From IMG/VR virus record IMGVR_UViG_3300043418_000114, positions 62,001 through 126,000 of that record: a stretch of 64,000 nt of DNA. One strand, given 5' to 3'. Positions 1 to 10,208 of the stretch are shown in pieces. The notes beneath the pieces are model-generated. The model saw only the letters and a program-made list of their open reading frames with translations, ran no database searches and was not told the DNA's origin. Positions within the stretch are counted from its first letter, which is position 1; each line of letters begins with the position of its first letter. The translations under genes and the position numbers were made by a program.

Positions 1-5
1 TGCCA

Positions 6-623
6 ATGGGTGAACTAGTTGACAAAAACAACTCACAGCACAAAGTATACGTAGACTATCTCGCCTCTAGGAAGATAGATAGTAGTGATTATCCCTTCTT
101 AATCACCCCGAATGAGCGGGGCAGAATGAATTCACGTGTCGTCATCCCTTATACATACAAGGGAAAGATTGTAGGACACACATCTAGATTCTTAGACAAC
201 AAAGTACCAAAGTATATCAACGAACAACAGCCTGGCTATGTCTTTAACATTGACATGCAAAAGGATGAATGGCAAGTTTGCATACTCACCGAGGGTATTT
301 TTGATGCATTGGCAATCGACGGTGTTGCAGTCATGCACGACGACATAAGCAATGAACAAGCCGAATTACTATCAACCTTAAATCGTCAAATCATCGTAGT
401 ACCAGATCGAGACAAAACTGGCATGAAGATGATAGACAGAGCGTTGGCGCTGGGATATCAAGTTAGTCTGCCTGATTGGGATGCAGGAGTCAAAGACGTT
501 AATGATGCAGTGGTCAAGTACGGCAAGATCCAGACCATTTTGAGTATCTTGCAGACAGCTACAAATAGTAAAATAAAGATAGAATTACAGAGGAAGAAAA
601 TTGGCAAACAAAACGGCTTCTAA
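6..623 (+). CDS. DNA primase, TOPRIM domain (T4 gp61/DnaG-like); probably 5'-truncated by window edge
   Basis: TOPRIM motifs ILTEGIFDAL and VVPDRDKTG, KDVNDA; directly upstream of helicase. Confidence 0.85.
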   Translation: MGELVDKNNSQHKVYVDYLASRKIDSSDYPFLITPNERGRMNSRVVIPYTYKGKIVGHTSRFLDNKVPKYINEQQPGYVFNIDMQKDEWQVCILTEGIFDALAIDGVAVMHDDISNEQAELLSTLNRQIIVVPDRDKTGMKMIDRALALGYQVSLPDWDAGVKDVNDAVVKYGKIQTILSILQTATNSKIKIELQRKKIGKQNGF

Positions 624-2064
624 GCAACAAATTGATTATAACAAACCAGAGATTCAAAAATTATTTTTAGAAATGATGCTATCTAACGCGGAATTATATA
701 CCCGTGTTATGAACATCATGAACAGTGAAAACTTCGACAAGACCTTACGTCCTGTCGCAGAAATGTTCAAGTCTCATACTGACAAATATAACGTATTGCC
801 TGATCCAGTGCAGATCAAAGCAATGACTGGCGTTGAAGTTAATCCAGTGCCTGGCATGAATGAAGGACACGACGAGTGGTTTCTTGATGCGTTTGAAGCA
901 TTCACCAAGCGACAAGAATTAGAACGTGCGATCCTTAAAGCCGCTGATATGCTTGAGAAAGGTGACTATGATCCAGTTGAGAAACTAATCAAAGACGCAG
1001 TTCAAATCAGTCTACAGAAAGACATGGGTACCGATTATTTCGCTGACCCACAGGCTCGTATCAACAAATACTTTAACGCTGGTGGCCAAGTCTCTACCGG
1101 CTGGCCACAGATGGATAAGATTCTCTATGGTGGCATGTCACGTGGTGAATTGAATATCTTTGCAGGTGGCTCGGGTTCAGGTAAGTCACTGGTTATGATG
1201 AACTTAGCCCTAAACTGGTTAGGCGTAGGCATGAGCGGTGTGTATATCTCACTTGAATTGAGTGAAGAATTAACATCCCTGCGTACCGATGCGATGGCGA
1301 CAAGCATGGGCACTAAAGAGATTCGCAAGAATATCGACGATGCTCACTTGAAAGTCAAGATGCTTGCTAAGAAGTCTGGCCAGTATCGTGTTAAGGCGTT
1401 GCCTGCTCAATCGACAGTTAACGACATTCGTTCATACTTGAAAGAAGTTCAAATTCAAACTGGTATTCGTGTTGACTTTGTGATGGTCGACTACCTTGAC
1501 TTGGTGATGCCAGTATCTGTTAAAGTTAACCCTAACGATCAGTTTATCAAAGACAAGTATGTTGCGGAAGAATTGCGTAACTTGGCCAAAGAGATGGGAA
1601 TCTTGTTAGTCACTGCATCACAGTTGAACCGTAGTGCTGTTGATGAACTTGAGTTTGATCACAGTCACATTGCTGGTGGTATCTCAAAGATTAACACAGC
1701 GGATAACGTGTTTGGTATCTTTACTAACCGAAGTATGCGTGAACGTGGCAAATACCAGATACAATGTATGAAGTCTCGTAGTTCGACTGGTGTAGGTCAG
1801 AAGATTGACCTAGATTATAATATCGAAACTATGCGTATTACAGATGAAGATCCTGATGGATATGCTGACCAACAAGCAAAGTATAGACCAGCGTCAAGTC
1901 CTAATGATATAATGAGCAAATTCAAGACTCAATCTACTGTGACTGCCACTGAACCTATCATTGATCAGTCTACGGGTGAAATTTTAGAACCAGTTCAAAA
2001 GAAAGTTGTAGCGGATGTGCAGGGTTCCAAGCTAAAAGGCTTGTTGAACTCATTGAAGAAATAA
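601..2064 (+). CDS. Replicative DNA helicase (DnaB/T4 gp41-like)
   Basis: Walker A GGSGSGKS, ISLELSE, Walker B VMVDYLDL, TASQLNR; TTG start overlapping primase end. Confidence 0.92.
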   Translation: MANKTASKQQIDYNKPEIQKLFLEMMLSNAELYTRVMNIMNSENFDKTLRPVAEMFKSHTDKYNVLPDPVQIKAMTGVEVNPVPGMNEGHDEWFLDAFEAFTKRQELERAILKAADMLEKGDYDPVEKLIKDAVQISLQKDMGTDYFADPQARINKYFNAGGQVSTGWPQMDKILYGGMSRGELNIFAGGSGSGKSLVMMNLALNWLGVGMSGVYISLELSEELTSLRTDAMATSMGTKEIRKNIDDAHLKVKMLAKKSGQYRVKALPAQSTVNDIRSYLKEVQIQTGIRVDFVMVDYLDLVMPVSVKVNPNDQFIKDKYVAEELRNLAKEMGILLVTASQLNRSAVDELEFDHSHIAGGISKINTADNVFGIFTNRSMRERGKYQIQCMKSRSSTGVGQKIDLDYNIETMRITDEDPDGYADQQAKYRPASSPNDIMSKFKTQSTVTATEPIIDQSTGEILEPVQKKVVADVQGSKLKGLLNSLKK

Positions 2065-2077
2065 ATCAATTTACTGA

Positions 2078-2083
2078 TAAATA
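2078..2083 (+). promoter_or_regulatory. T4-late-like promoter box TAAATA (first of more than 20 intergenic copies; others at 3518, 4000, 4950, 7557, 10195, 15830, 20046, 22742, 26389, 27055, 28266, 29084, 29581, 32433, 36602, 37672, 43080, 48746, 50558, 51507, 51629, 53974, 58573, 63027 on +; 15808, 22684, 42114, 42964, 63045 on -)
   Basis: (GA/C/G/TA)TAAATA recurs just upstream of structural/late genes in the correct orientation; resembles T4 gp55 consensus TATAAATA. Confidence 0.8.
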
Positions 2084-2103
2084 CACATAGGATAATTAAT
2101 TAT

Positions 2104-2346
2104 ATGCAAAGAAAAACACGCTCACTTTTGCAAGAACTAGAAGAACTCGGCAGTAACCGTGATGCAAGTCATGTCATTGAAAGCCGAGCAAGTAACATTA
2201 TTACTAGTGCAATCCATTTATTGGAAATGATTCAAAAACATTATCCAGAAGAACAAGCTCAGATTCTAGAGCGAAAGCTACTTAGCTCAATCAAGAGTCG
2301 TGATAAGGATAGATTCGCAAAATCTATCAAAAAGAATAGAGACTAA
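2104..2346 (+). CDS. Hypothetical phage protein
   Basis: 80-aa ORF with TAAATA box and AGGA RBS upstream. Confidence 0.7.
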   Translation: MQRKTRSLLQELEELGSNRDASHVIESRASNIITSAIHLLEMIQKHYPEEQAQILERKLLSSIKSRDKDRFAKSIKKNRD

Positions 2347-2348
2347 TT

Positions 2349-3488
2349 GTGACCGTTAGCCTGACTGCGCTCGTTGAAGCGATTGATACATTATCTCGTC
2401 CTAAAAAAGGTCATTTGGATCATCCAGAAGACCTGATTTTTCTCGACGGGATAGCTGGCGCAAATAGCGCAATCAAGGCACTAGTCGCTACAGCTAAAAA
2501 TCCAAACTCAGTTTCCATTAAGTGGGATGGTTACCCAGCATTGATCTTTGGTCATGGCCGAGATGGTAAGTTTTCCATCATGGACAAGCACATGTTCAAC
2601 AAGAAAGATGGCACAGGTCGTCTTGTCTATAGTCCAGAAGATTTCGTGGCATACGATGCTGAACGTGGAGTTGCTAGAGATAGTTTACATAAAATCATCC
2701 ATTCAATTTGGCAGGGACTAGCCGATGCTACTCATGGTGGCATGGGATATTACTGGGGCGATTTGCTTTTCGGTCATCCACTGAAAGAAAAGAACGGCAC
2801 TTATACGTTCAAAGCTAATCCTCATGGGATTACGTATCAAGTTGCCGCTGATAGTGATATTGGCAAGTTAATTGGTGGCAAAACGGCAGGTATCGCCGTT
2901 CATCAATTCTTGTCTCCAGAGGCTGCCAGCACGGATATGGCGCAGTCACTAAATGGTACAATTGGCAAGCTCAAAAACAATGGCGATGTGGCTATTGTTT
3001 CAAGTAAGATGCCTGCTATTCCTAGAATCAACCTTGATGCGGCTCTAGTGAAGAATGCACAAGATGCTGTGGCTAAATTTGGGCCAAGTGTAGAAGAATT
3101 CTTTAATAATGCACCACAATCTCGTGGCAGTTTTGGTCAGTTGTTTACGGTATATATCAACAAAAAGATCATGTCTGGTAATCTAAATGACCTACAAGCT
3201 GGGTTTATGGATTTCATTGCATCACGTAAACTATCAGATAGCATGAGAGCAAAAATCACGGAATATTTAAATAATAATCCTGAGGCAGTCACTGGTGCGT
3301 TTACAATCTGGGCTGAGATTTACAAGCTAAAAATGGACCTGGTTAACCAGTTAAACTCTGCTACTGATGCTAGTCCAGTTAAAGGATATTTGCAAGATGG
3401 CACTGAATCACATGAGGGATTCGTTGCAAATAGCATTAAATTGATCGATAGACTAGGATTTAGTCGCCAAAATCTCTCAGGAAGATAG
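2349..3488 (+). CDS. DUF6267-like protein, ligase-type nucleotidyltransferase fold
   Basis: HLDHPED, motif-I-like SIKWDGYPA, motif-IV-like HEGFV, following IKL. Confidence 0.6.
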   Translation: MTVSLTALVEAIDTLSRPKKGHLDHPEDLIFLDGIAGANSAIKALVATAKNPNSVSIKWDGYPALIFGHGRDGKFSIMDKHMFNKKDGTGRLVYSPEDFVAYDAERGVARDSLHKIIHSIWQGLADATHGGMGYYWGDLLFGHPLKEKNGTYTFKANPHGITYQVAADSDIGKLIGGKTAGIAVHQFLSPEAASTDMAQSLNGTIGKLKNNGDVAIVSSKMPAIPRINLDAALVKNAQDAVAKFGPSVEEFFNNAPQSRGSFGQLFTVYINKKIMSGNLNDLQAGFMDFIASRKLSDSMRAKITEYLNNNPEAVTGAFTIWAEIYKLKMDLVNQLNSATDASPVKGYLQDGTESHEGFVANSIKLIDRLGFSRQNLSGR

Positions 3489-3568
3489 TCTAAAGGGCTG
3501 TTTTTTATTCCAAATGATAAATATTAATATGAATCAGTAGGATTCAACACATTTAAAGGAATATTAAA

Positions 3569-3937
3569 ATGGCACAATTTACACGCACCCATGGTGACTA
3601 TCAACCAGTAATGAACTTCGACGCTCCAGCTTATACAGTTGGTGCAGTTAACGCCGTAACTTCAGGCGCAGTTGTTCAACCTCAAGGTCCTAAGCTAGAC
3701 TACTTCACAGCAACAGCAACTGGCGCTTTCTCAACAGCACAAGTTAACACTCTAATCCAGACAATCCAACAATTGGCAACTGTCTATATCTATGAGTACA
3801 CTGATGCATCTAACGATACATTGGCATTCGCAGTATACCCAACTGCGGCTTGGACTGCTTCTGCACTAGACACTGCTTTCACAGCGGCTGGTGTTACAGG
3901 CACTACAACTGCGGCTGGCGCAACATTCGGTGCTTAA
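3569..3937 (+). CDS. Small Ala/Thr-rich virion structural protein
   Basis: Late box, strong RBS, highly biased codons, followed by terminator. Confidence 0.6.
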   Translation: MAQFTRTHGDYQPVMNFDAPAYTVGAVNAVTSGAVVQPQGPKLDYFTATATGAFSTAQVNTLIQTIQQLATVYIYEYTDASNDTLAFAVYPTAAWTASALDTAFTAAGVTGTTTAAGATFGA

Positions 3938-3961
3938 TCACTGAGTTGTAATTCAACCTCT

Positions 3962-3991
3962 AAAAAACCCGAGATTTTCTCGGGTTTTTTT
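3962..3991 (+). terminator. Rho-independent terminator
   Basis: AAAAAACCCGAGA-TTT-TCTCGGGTTTTTTT inverted repeat with U tract. Confidence 0.85.
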
Positions 3992-4010
3992 ATTCCTGTT
4001 AAATAATAGC

Positions 4011-4472
4011 ATGAGTTATATGATTACATGCTACACACTATTTGATATCACATCGACGAATGTGTTGAGCCGCCATCGTCCAGAAGTAGGCCAGGACGAA
4101 AATGAATGGCGTTATAAACGAAACACTCAGTGCAATTTTGATACTATCCTACAAGCTATTTCCCTACGTTCTCAGCCAGACATTCTATCAAAGCCAGTAA
4201 AGAATCAAATCAGATTCGACGAATTTACTGATTTTGGATTCTTGTTCGAACAACAAGAAAGCGAAACATATCCTTGCTGGTCATTCAACTTCGAAATTCA
4301 TCATCTTAGTGTTTTTGATGACGGAATTTCAGAGTTAGGAGCCCTATATGGTGATTGCCATGGAGTGCCAATGATTAAATGTGGCACAGAGTGGGACAAG
4401 TTGCCAGTGGCACTGGACAGCACAGACGAGTTACGGAATATATATTTTAAGGTGTCAACACATGAAGTTTGA
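4011..4472 (+). CDS. Hypothetical protein
   Basis: 153-aa ORF; TAAATA 5 nt before ATG. Confidence 0.7.
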   Translation: MSYMITCYTLFDITSTNVLSRHRPEVGQDENEWRYKRNTQCNFDTILQAISLRSQPDILSKPVKNQIRFDEFTDFGFLFEQQESETYPCWSFNFEIHHLSVFDDGISELGALYGDCHGVPMIKCGTEWDKLPVALDSTDELRNIYFKVSTHEV

Positions 4473-4932
4473 AAAACTGATTAAAAAGATAGAACGTGTT
4501 ATTCCCAGTGATCAGATAAGATCACTCCAGGACATAATAGTATATCAGGATCCAGATGGTAAATATCAACTATTTGAAACATATTCCATTGAGAAGGTCG
4601 ATGATTTATTCATCGTATCAGGTATTAGACTTGCCAAGAATTTGACATTTTCTGTTCTAAAGAATGCAGTTACTTGGTGCACTTATGATAAGCGTAATCG
4701 AATTCAGGAATCCAACGAGATTTTGACTTTAGATCACAAATTGAACAGAATAAACTCGGATATTAGTATTCGTCAATTGATGGCCAAAAAAGCCAAGAAT
4801 CCAGACGATAAATTAATATATATTGCCAAGATAGGCGAGGACAAAATCAAGCGCAAACAGATGACAGAACGACTAGATGGCTACATTAGAGAGTCTAGGA
4901 ACTGGCAGATTAAGCGATTAAGCAAAAGCTAA
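4462..4932 (+). CDS. Hypothetical protein (start moved to ATG 4462, MKFEKL)
   Basis: ORF track 4381..4932; internal ATG gives a short overlap with the upstream gene. Confidence 0.65.
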   Translation: MKFEKLIKKIERVIPSDQIRSLQDIIVYQDPDGKYQLFETYSIEKVDDLFIVSGIRLAKNLTFSVLKNAVTWCTYDKRNRIQESNEILTLDHKLNRINSDISIRQLMAKKAKNPDDKLIYIAKIGEDKIKRKQMTERLDGYIRESRNWQIKRLSKS

Positions 4933-4983
4933 ACCTTAGCACAAAATGATAAATACTTTATACATTTGTTTGGAATGGAAACT

Positions 4984-5712
4984 ATGAAACTAACAGAATT
5001 TGACAACAACACCGTAACTAATGCATCACGTGCATTAAAAGAACACTATGAGCTACCTTTCAATGTGGACAGCATGAATATGCCATCTACTGCGAAGATG
5101 CTAAACAAAGTTCGCGGTTTAATCAAGGAATCAAAGCAAGGCGCTGATTTCTACAAGAACCAAGCTACACCAGCTTACATGAAACTAGTGTTCATGGAAC
5201 AAGCGTTAGCATCACGTTTCAGCTATCTACAGACACTACCACAAGCTCGTATCGTGGTAGAAAACGAAGAAGTTGAGAAGTCACAAGTCGTTTTAGCGGC
5301 ACAAGACCTAGTCGATTCAGTACAAAAAATGCTTGAAGAAGTTGGTCAAATGCAAGTTAAAGAATTGCCAGCACTAGTCTCTAGCATCGAATCTGAAATC
5401 GGTGTGCAAGAGAGCCAGCAATATGACCAAGAAGTATCACAGCAATTAGATCAACTAAGTGCCGCACTAAAAGAAGCGTTCACTGGTCTAAAAGGCGCAT
5501 TGGGTACAGTTACTGGTCAAGGTGGTGCAGGATTTGACGATGGCATGGGTGCAATGGATCAAATGGATGCAGGCATGGACGACATGGAAGCCGGTGCCGC
5601 TGAAATGGGCGATGACATGACTGATATGGGCATGGACGTTGCAGAACCAGCACCAGCTCCTGCAGAAGAACCAGATGCAGAACTAAGTGCTGTAGGTCGC
5701 GCAAAGCGTTAA
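4984..5712 (+). CDS. Acidic coiled-coil protein, possible prohead core/scaffold component
   Basis: Late box; MKLTEF start; helical acidic sequence with Met/Asp/Gly-rich tail. Confidence 0.5.
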   Translation: MKLTEFDNNTVTNASRALKEHYELPFNVDSMNMPSTAKMLNKVRGLIKESKQGADFYKNQATPAYMKLVFMEQALASRFSYLQTLPQARIVVENEEVEKSQVVLAAQDLVDSVQKMLEEVGQMQVKELPALVSSIESEIGVQESQQYDQEVSQQLDQLSAALKEAFTGLKGALGTVTGQGGAGFDDGMGAMDQMDAGMDDMEAGAAEMGDDMTDMGMDVAEPAPAPAEEPDAELSAVGRAKR

Positions 5713-5714
5713 TC

Positions 5715-6047
5715 ATGCGTTTATACGAGTTTGCTAACTCAGATCCGCAAGTTACATCCTTGATCGCTATCAGTAATCAATTAAAAGATGACATTGATAG
5801 CGGGCGAGCCGATTCTAACTGGACGGTAGATGAATTGCTCCAGTATTTTCACGAATACGGCATCAATCTATCTCCTAGTGACTTGAGAAGTATGATCACA
5901 CACCCACCATTGAAGAATGTTATCAGTAACATTCAAGGTGATCAGGTTGTTTTTGCTGGACAGGACACTGGAACTGGCGAAGAAGACGATGAAACACAAA
6001 ATCAAGAAGTCGTTGCACAAATGGCAAAGAGCGCAATGCCAAGCTAA
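5715..6047 (+). CDS. Hypothetical acidic protein (MRLYEF N-terminus)
   Basis: 110-aa ORF in operon. Confidence 0.65.
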   Translation: MRLYEFANSDPQVTSLIAISNQLKDDIDSGRADSNWTVDELLQYFHEYGINLSPSDLRSMITHPPLKNVISNIQGDQVVFAGQDTGTGEEDDETQNQEVVAQMAKSAMPS

Positions 6048-6059
6048 AACGAGGTACAC

Positions 6060-6830
6060 TTGGAAGTTACTCACTTAGTGACAAACGGATGTAGTTTTAC
6101 ATTCGGCGATGAATTAGATGATCCAAAAACGCAAGCCTGGCCTGCTTTGTTAGCAAAGCGACTAGGCTTACCTATTGTAAACTTAGCATTACCTGGTTCA
6201 GGTAATGATTGTATCCTACGCAGAACAACAGAATACCTATATAAAGGCTTACCTAAAGATAGTAAGCCTTTAGTCGTTATTGCTTGGTCACAAGATTGGC
6301 GTAGAGAAGAATGGTTCACGGATTATTATGGCTGTAAGGGTCACAACAACTACGGTATAGTATGCTTGCCACATGGCAGTCCATGCAATGATTATGAGCG
6401 GGTGATGCTTGATAATTGGTCCGAAGAAGATATCTATCGAAAGACCATAATGCGTAAACTAGCAATGAAACATTTATTGACCACACTTAATATACCTCAT
6501 GTTTCAACTGCATTTGCATATTCTGAATATGATTTTGAAAAATTGCCACTATTGAGGCAACGATTCAACTATATGGATAAACATATTGAGAATGATCCAT
6601 ATAGAATAGAAGATATGTTTCGGGTTGTTCCTGACAGTTATCCTAAGATGCCAATGGGTCATTATGGATACGAAGCACAACATTTTACTAGCGATTATAT
6701 GTATGATGCTATAATCAAACGACATGGAGACATTACTCCAGTTTCTGGAGATTATCTAAGTCTAGTAGATTACGTGCGTGACGATGATTTTATCTGGGGC
6801 AAATGGCTTCATTGGACAGATGCAAATTGA
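6060..6830 (+). CDS. SGNH/GDSL-hydrolase-like protein
   Basis: Block I LVTNGCSFTFG, block II NLALPGSGN, C-terminal GH. Confidence 0.6.
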   Translation: MEVTHLVTNGCSFTFGDELDDPKTQAWPALLAKRLGLPIVNLALPGSGNDCILRRTTEYLYKGLPKDSKPLVVIAWSQDWRREEWFTDYYGCKGHNNYGIVCLPHGSPCNDYERVMLDNWSEEDIYRKTIMRKLAMKHLLTTLNIPHVSTAFAYSEYDFEKLPLLRQRFNYMDKHIENDPYRIEDMFRVVPDSYPKMPMGHYGYEAQHFTSDYMYDAIIKRHGDITPVSGDYLSLVDYVRDDDFIWGKWLHWTDAN

Positions 6831-6854
6831 TATTTTCCTATAATCTGTTATAAT
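6827..6854 (+). promoter_or_regulatory. sigma70-like promoter (extended -10), leaderless mRNA predicted
   Basis: TTGATA-N16-TATAAT with TG extension; ATG 6 nt downstream. Confidence 0.65.
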
Positions 6855-6860
6855 ACTTTA

Positions 6861-7547
6861 ATGTACATACCAGATAAATTTAACTACGTCCCAATGAGTA
6901 GAGTTGAAATCGATGGGAAACGTAGATATGCCACTCCAGATGGTGAGAAACTACCTAGCGTTACCACGATTCTCTCTGCAACAACTCCCAAAGAAAAAAT
7001 AGAAGCTCTCAATGAGTGGCGACAGCGAATGGGTCCAAAGCGGGCACAAGAGATCACCACAGAGGCTGCCAATCGTGGCACAAGAATGCACAAGTTCTTG
7101 GAAGATTATGTAAAAACAGGAGCAATCAGTGAGTCCGGAAGCAATCCATACAGCAAGCAAAGCCATCGCATGGCAGAGTCTATCATTCAACAAGGTCTTG
7201 TTAACTGCACTGAGTTCTGGGGTACCGAAGTTCCTCTCTATTTTCCTAAAGTATATGCCGGCACAACTGACTTGGTTGGCGTACATGACGGTAGCCCTGC
7301 TATCATGGACCACAAACAGTCTAACAAGCTAAAGAAAAAAGAGTGGATCGATGATTACTTCATTCAGTTGGCGGCATATGCCAATGCACATAATGAAGTA
7401 CATGGCACAAATATTCGCAAGGGCGTGATTTTTATGTGTACTCAAGACTTTGTATATCAAGAGTTCATAGTAGAGGGTACCGAATTCGATCATTGGACCA
7501 CTGAATGGTTCAAGCGGGTCGAACAATACTACATGCAGTTCATCTAG
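6861..7547 (+). CDS. PD-(D/E)XK exonuclease (Cas4/RecB-like fold)
   Basis: LPSVTTIL, RGTRMH, AGTTDLV, DHKQS, QLAAYA motifs. Confidence 0.85.
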   Translation: MYIPDKFNYVPMSRVEIDGKRRYATPDGEKLPSVTTILSATTPKEKIEALNEWRQRMGPKRAQEITTEAANRGTRMHKFLEDYVKTGAISESGSNPYSKQSHRMAESIIQQGLVNCTEFWGTEVPLYFPKVYAGTTDLVGVHDGSPAIMDHKQSNKLKKKEWIDDYFIQLAAYANAHNEVHGTNIRKGVIFMCTQDFVYQEFIVEGTEFDHWTTEWFKRVEQYYMQFI

Positions 7548-7591
7548 GATTTTTGATAAATAAGTGTAAATCTCTTTAAAAGAATACACTT

Positions 7592-9880
7592 ATGGCAATC
7601 ATACAAATCTCTAAAATCCAACAACGTACCGGAAATCTCGTAGACTTACCTCAACTAGACGATGGTGAATTTGGATGGGCGACAGACTCTAAGCGACTAT
7701 TCATTGGTAAGACTACACCTAATGAAAACATTGAGGTCTTAACCACATATTCTAACATCAGCTTTAGTCAGTTAGATGGTGCTGTCGGTAATTTAAACAT
7801 GGATTCTGTCACAAATGGACAGATTCTAACTTATGTTGCTAGTACTAATACCTGGGAAAACTATACTGGTTCAACACAATTGAACGGTGGCAAGCTACAA
7901 CTAGGTGATGTTGCAAATATATCAATGACCGGTGCCGCTGGCATTGGTTATGTATTATCCACAGACGGCGTTGGCAATCTTTCATGGACACCTAAGGGCA
8001 CGATACAGACTAATATCAAAGCTCTGTCAAACGCCAATCCTATTATCATGACAGTACCCAATACTGTCCCGTTCACGAACGGAGCTCAGTTGACTATTAC
8101 TGGCGTACAAGGCGCAAACGCCAATACTATCGTTAACGGTCAAAGTTTCTACATCACTTTATCCAATGATTATAACACATCTGGCAACGTCAAATTATAC
8201 ACTGACGTAGGCCGTACTTCTGGTGCAAACGGTTTCTACTTGACTGCAACAGCAAACACCGGCGTAGCTACTTCTGTTATTTCTGGTGGTGGAGGTGGTG
8301 GAAGTGTTGGTGGTGCAAATACCAGCGTACAATTCAACGATCAAAACATCAGTAATGGCGTAGCTGGCTTTACGTTTGACAAAGTAACTACCACTCTAAC
8401 GGTAGCTGGACCAATAGGTGGCACTGCACTCACTGCCAGTACATCAATAACTAGTCCAGTTCTAGTATCAAATATTGCTACTGGAACAGCCCCATTGACT
8501 GTAACAAGTACTACTCGTGTTGCAAACTTGGATGTAGCTAAAGCTGGAGTTGCCAATACAGTCAATGATGCTAATCAATCGAACATTACAGCAGTTGGCA
8601 CACTTGCATCGTTATCTGTATCAGGTAATGCCAACGTAGGTAACATCGGTACTGGTGGATTAATCACTGCTACTGGCAACGTAACAGGAGGCAACTTAGT
8701 AACAGGAGGCGTGTTGAGCGTTACTGGTAATGCAAACATTGGTAATATCGGTACAGCTGGATTAATCACTGCAACCGGCAACATCGGCGGCGGCAATTTA
8801 AACACGGGTGGACTAGTAAGTGCAACTGGCAATGGTACATTTGGAAATGTAATAGCCACTTTGCACGTTGGTAATCTATCTGGCACGGGCAACAGTAACG
8901 TTGGTAACTTGGGTACTGCTGGATTGATTACCGCTAGCGGCAACTTGAATGCTGGTAATTTAATCACTGGTGGACTAGTAAGTGCAACCGGCAATGGTAC
9001 ATTCGGTAATGTATCAGCAACCCTATATGTTGGTAATCTATCTGGCACTGGCAACAGTAACGTTGGTAACTTGGGCGCAACTGGTGTATTTGCAACAACT
9101 TTGAGTGCAAGTGGCAACGCTAACGTAGGCAATCTAGGCACAACTGGTGTATTTGCTACCACGTTAAGTGTAACAGCTAACGCTAACGTAGGTAACTTGG
9201 GTACTGCTGGTATTATCGTATCAAGTATCGCCACTGGCACTGCTCCATTCACAGTTACATCCACTACTCAAGTAGCTAACTTGAATGTGGCGACTGCAGG
9301 CTCAGCCGGTAGTGCAACCACAGCGGGTACCGTCACTACTGCCGCACAACCTAACATCACAAGTGTCAGTTCATCATTTACAGATTTAACATTCGCTAAT
9401 GCTCAAGTGATCAGTGGCAATAACATGACACTAACAACCGGTGCAAACACCAATGCAGGTACTATTACTGGTAACTGGTCATTGAGTGCTGGTTCTAAAT
9501 TACAAGCAACATACGCTGACTTGGCAGAATATTACGAGGCAGATCAACCGTATGAGCCAGGCACAGTGTTGCAGTTTGGTGGTTCAAAAGAAGTCACGCT
9601 AGCAGAAGATGGCACAACTCGTGTCGCTGGTGTAGTTTCAACTGACCCAGCATATGTAATGAATTCTGGTTGTGACGGCGATGCAGTTGCATTAGCTCTG
9701 CAAGGTCGTGTACCAACTAAAGTACGTGGCACAATTCGTAAAGGTGACATGATGATTTCAGGTGGCAATGGATTTGCTAGACCTGCAATCTCTCCTGTAG
9801 TAGGAACAGTCATCGGCAAAGCACTGCAAGATTTTGATGGCATTGAAGGCATCATCGAAGTTGCAGTTGGAAGATTATAA
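7592..9880 (+). CDS. Tail fibre-like protein with Gly/Asn/Thr repeats and C-terminal chaperone-like domain
   Basis: N-terminal LPQLDDGEFGWATD fibre anchor, repeated (S/T)GNANVGN(L/I)G units, C-terminal ATYADLAEYY...GRVPTKV domain. Confidence 0.75.
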   Translation: MAIIQISKIQQRTGNLVDLPQLDDGEFGWATDSKRLFIGKTTPNENIEVLTTYSNISFSQLDGAVGNLNMDSVTNGQILTYVASTNTWENYTGSTQLNGGKLQLGDVANISMTGAAGIGYVLSTDGVGNLSWTPKGTIQTNIKALSNANPIIMTVPNTVPFTNGAQLTITGVQGANANTIVNGQSFYITLSNDYNTSGNVKLYTDVGRTSGANGFYLTATANTGVATSVISGGGGGGSVGGANTSVQFNDQNISNGVAGFTFDKVTTTLTVAGPIGGTALTASTSITSPVLVSNIATGTAPLTVTSTTRVANLDVAKAGVANTVNDANQSNITAVGTLASLSVSGNANVGNIGTGGLITATGNVTGGNLVTGGVLSVTGNANIGNIGTAGLITATGNIGGGNLNTGGLVSATGNGTFGNVIATLHVGNLSGTGNSNVGNLGTAGLITASGNLNAGNLITGGLVSATGNGTFGNVSATLYVGNLSGTGNSNVGNLGATGVFATTLSASGNANVGNLGTTGVFATTLSVTANANVGNLGTAGIIVSSIATGTAPFTVTSTTQVANLNVATAGSAGSATTAGTVTTAAQPNITSVSSSFTDLTFANAQVISGNNMTLTTGANTNAGTITGNWSLSAGSKLQATYADLAEYYEADQPYEPGTVLQFGGSKEVTLAEDGTTRVAGVVSTDPAYVMNSGCDGDAVALALQGRVPTKVRGTIRKGDMMISGGNGFARPAISPVVGTVIGKALQDFDGIEGIIEVAVGRL
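8807..9075 (+). repeat. Imperfect in-frame direct repeat, 162-nt period (54 aa), within tail fibre gene
   Basis: 8807-8913 closely matches 8969-9075 (GGTGGACTAGTAAGTGCAAC...AACGTTGGTAACTTGGG). Confidence 0.85.
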
Positions 9881-9892
9881 TAGGAAAACAAA

Positions 9893-10180
9893 ATGGCATC
9901 AGTAATTTACACAGCAAACGGTACAAGTCAACTAACAGCGGCATCGACCACTGATAAAGTTCGTATTGCTACAACAACATCAGCAATCGCATTTGCAACA
10001 GGTAACTCTAGCGTAACAGCTAACTTAACAGCATGTGCAATCATTCCAGCTAACACAGTAAACAACGATGTTTACGTTGGCCAAGGAAACTACATTGCTT
10101 ATATCAACGTGGCTGGCACTGCGGGTGCATTCAGTATCACCAACCTAGGTGCTAATCACGCCAACACTGGCACTGAATAA
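9893..10180 (+). CDS. Small beta-rich virion protein
   Basis: 95-aa Ala/Thr-rich ORF with RBS in structural cluster. Confidence 0.6.
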   Translation: MASVIYTANGTSQLTAASTTDKVRIATTTSAIAFATGNSSVTANLTACAIIPANTVNNDVYVGQGNYIAYINVAGTAGAFSITNLGANHANTGTE

Positions 10181-10208
10181 TTTCACGTAATAGATAAATA
10201 TAACATAT

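Noticed and set aside
6861-7547. Cas4 / CRISPR system
   Set aside because: Generic PD-(D/E)XK nuclease lacking the Fe-S cysteines; no repeat-spacer array or other cas genes seen in the window.
7592-9880. Diversity-generating retroelement target/template pair
   Set aside because: Repeats are in-frame tandem shaft units, differences are not adenine-specific, and no reverse transcriptase is present in the window.
8341-9891. Long antisense ORFs opposite the tail fibre gene (and similar ones opposite other genes)
   Set aside because: Shadow ORFs expected from repetitive, codon-biased sense genes; no RBS or promoter support.
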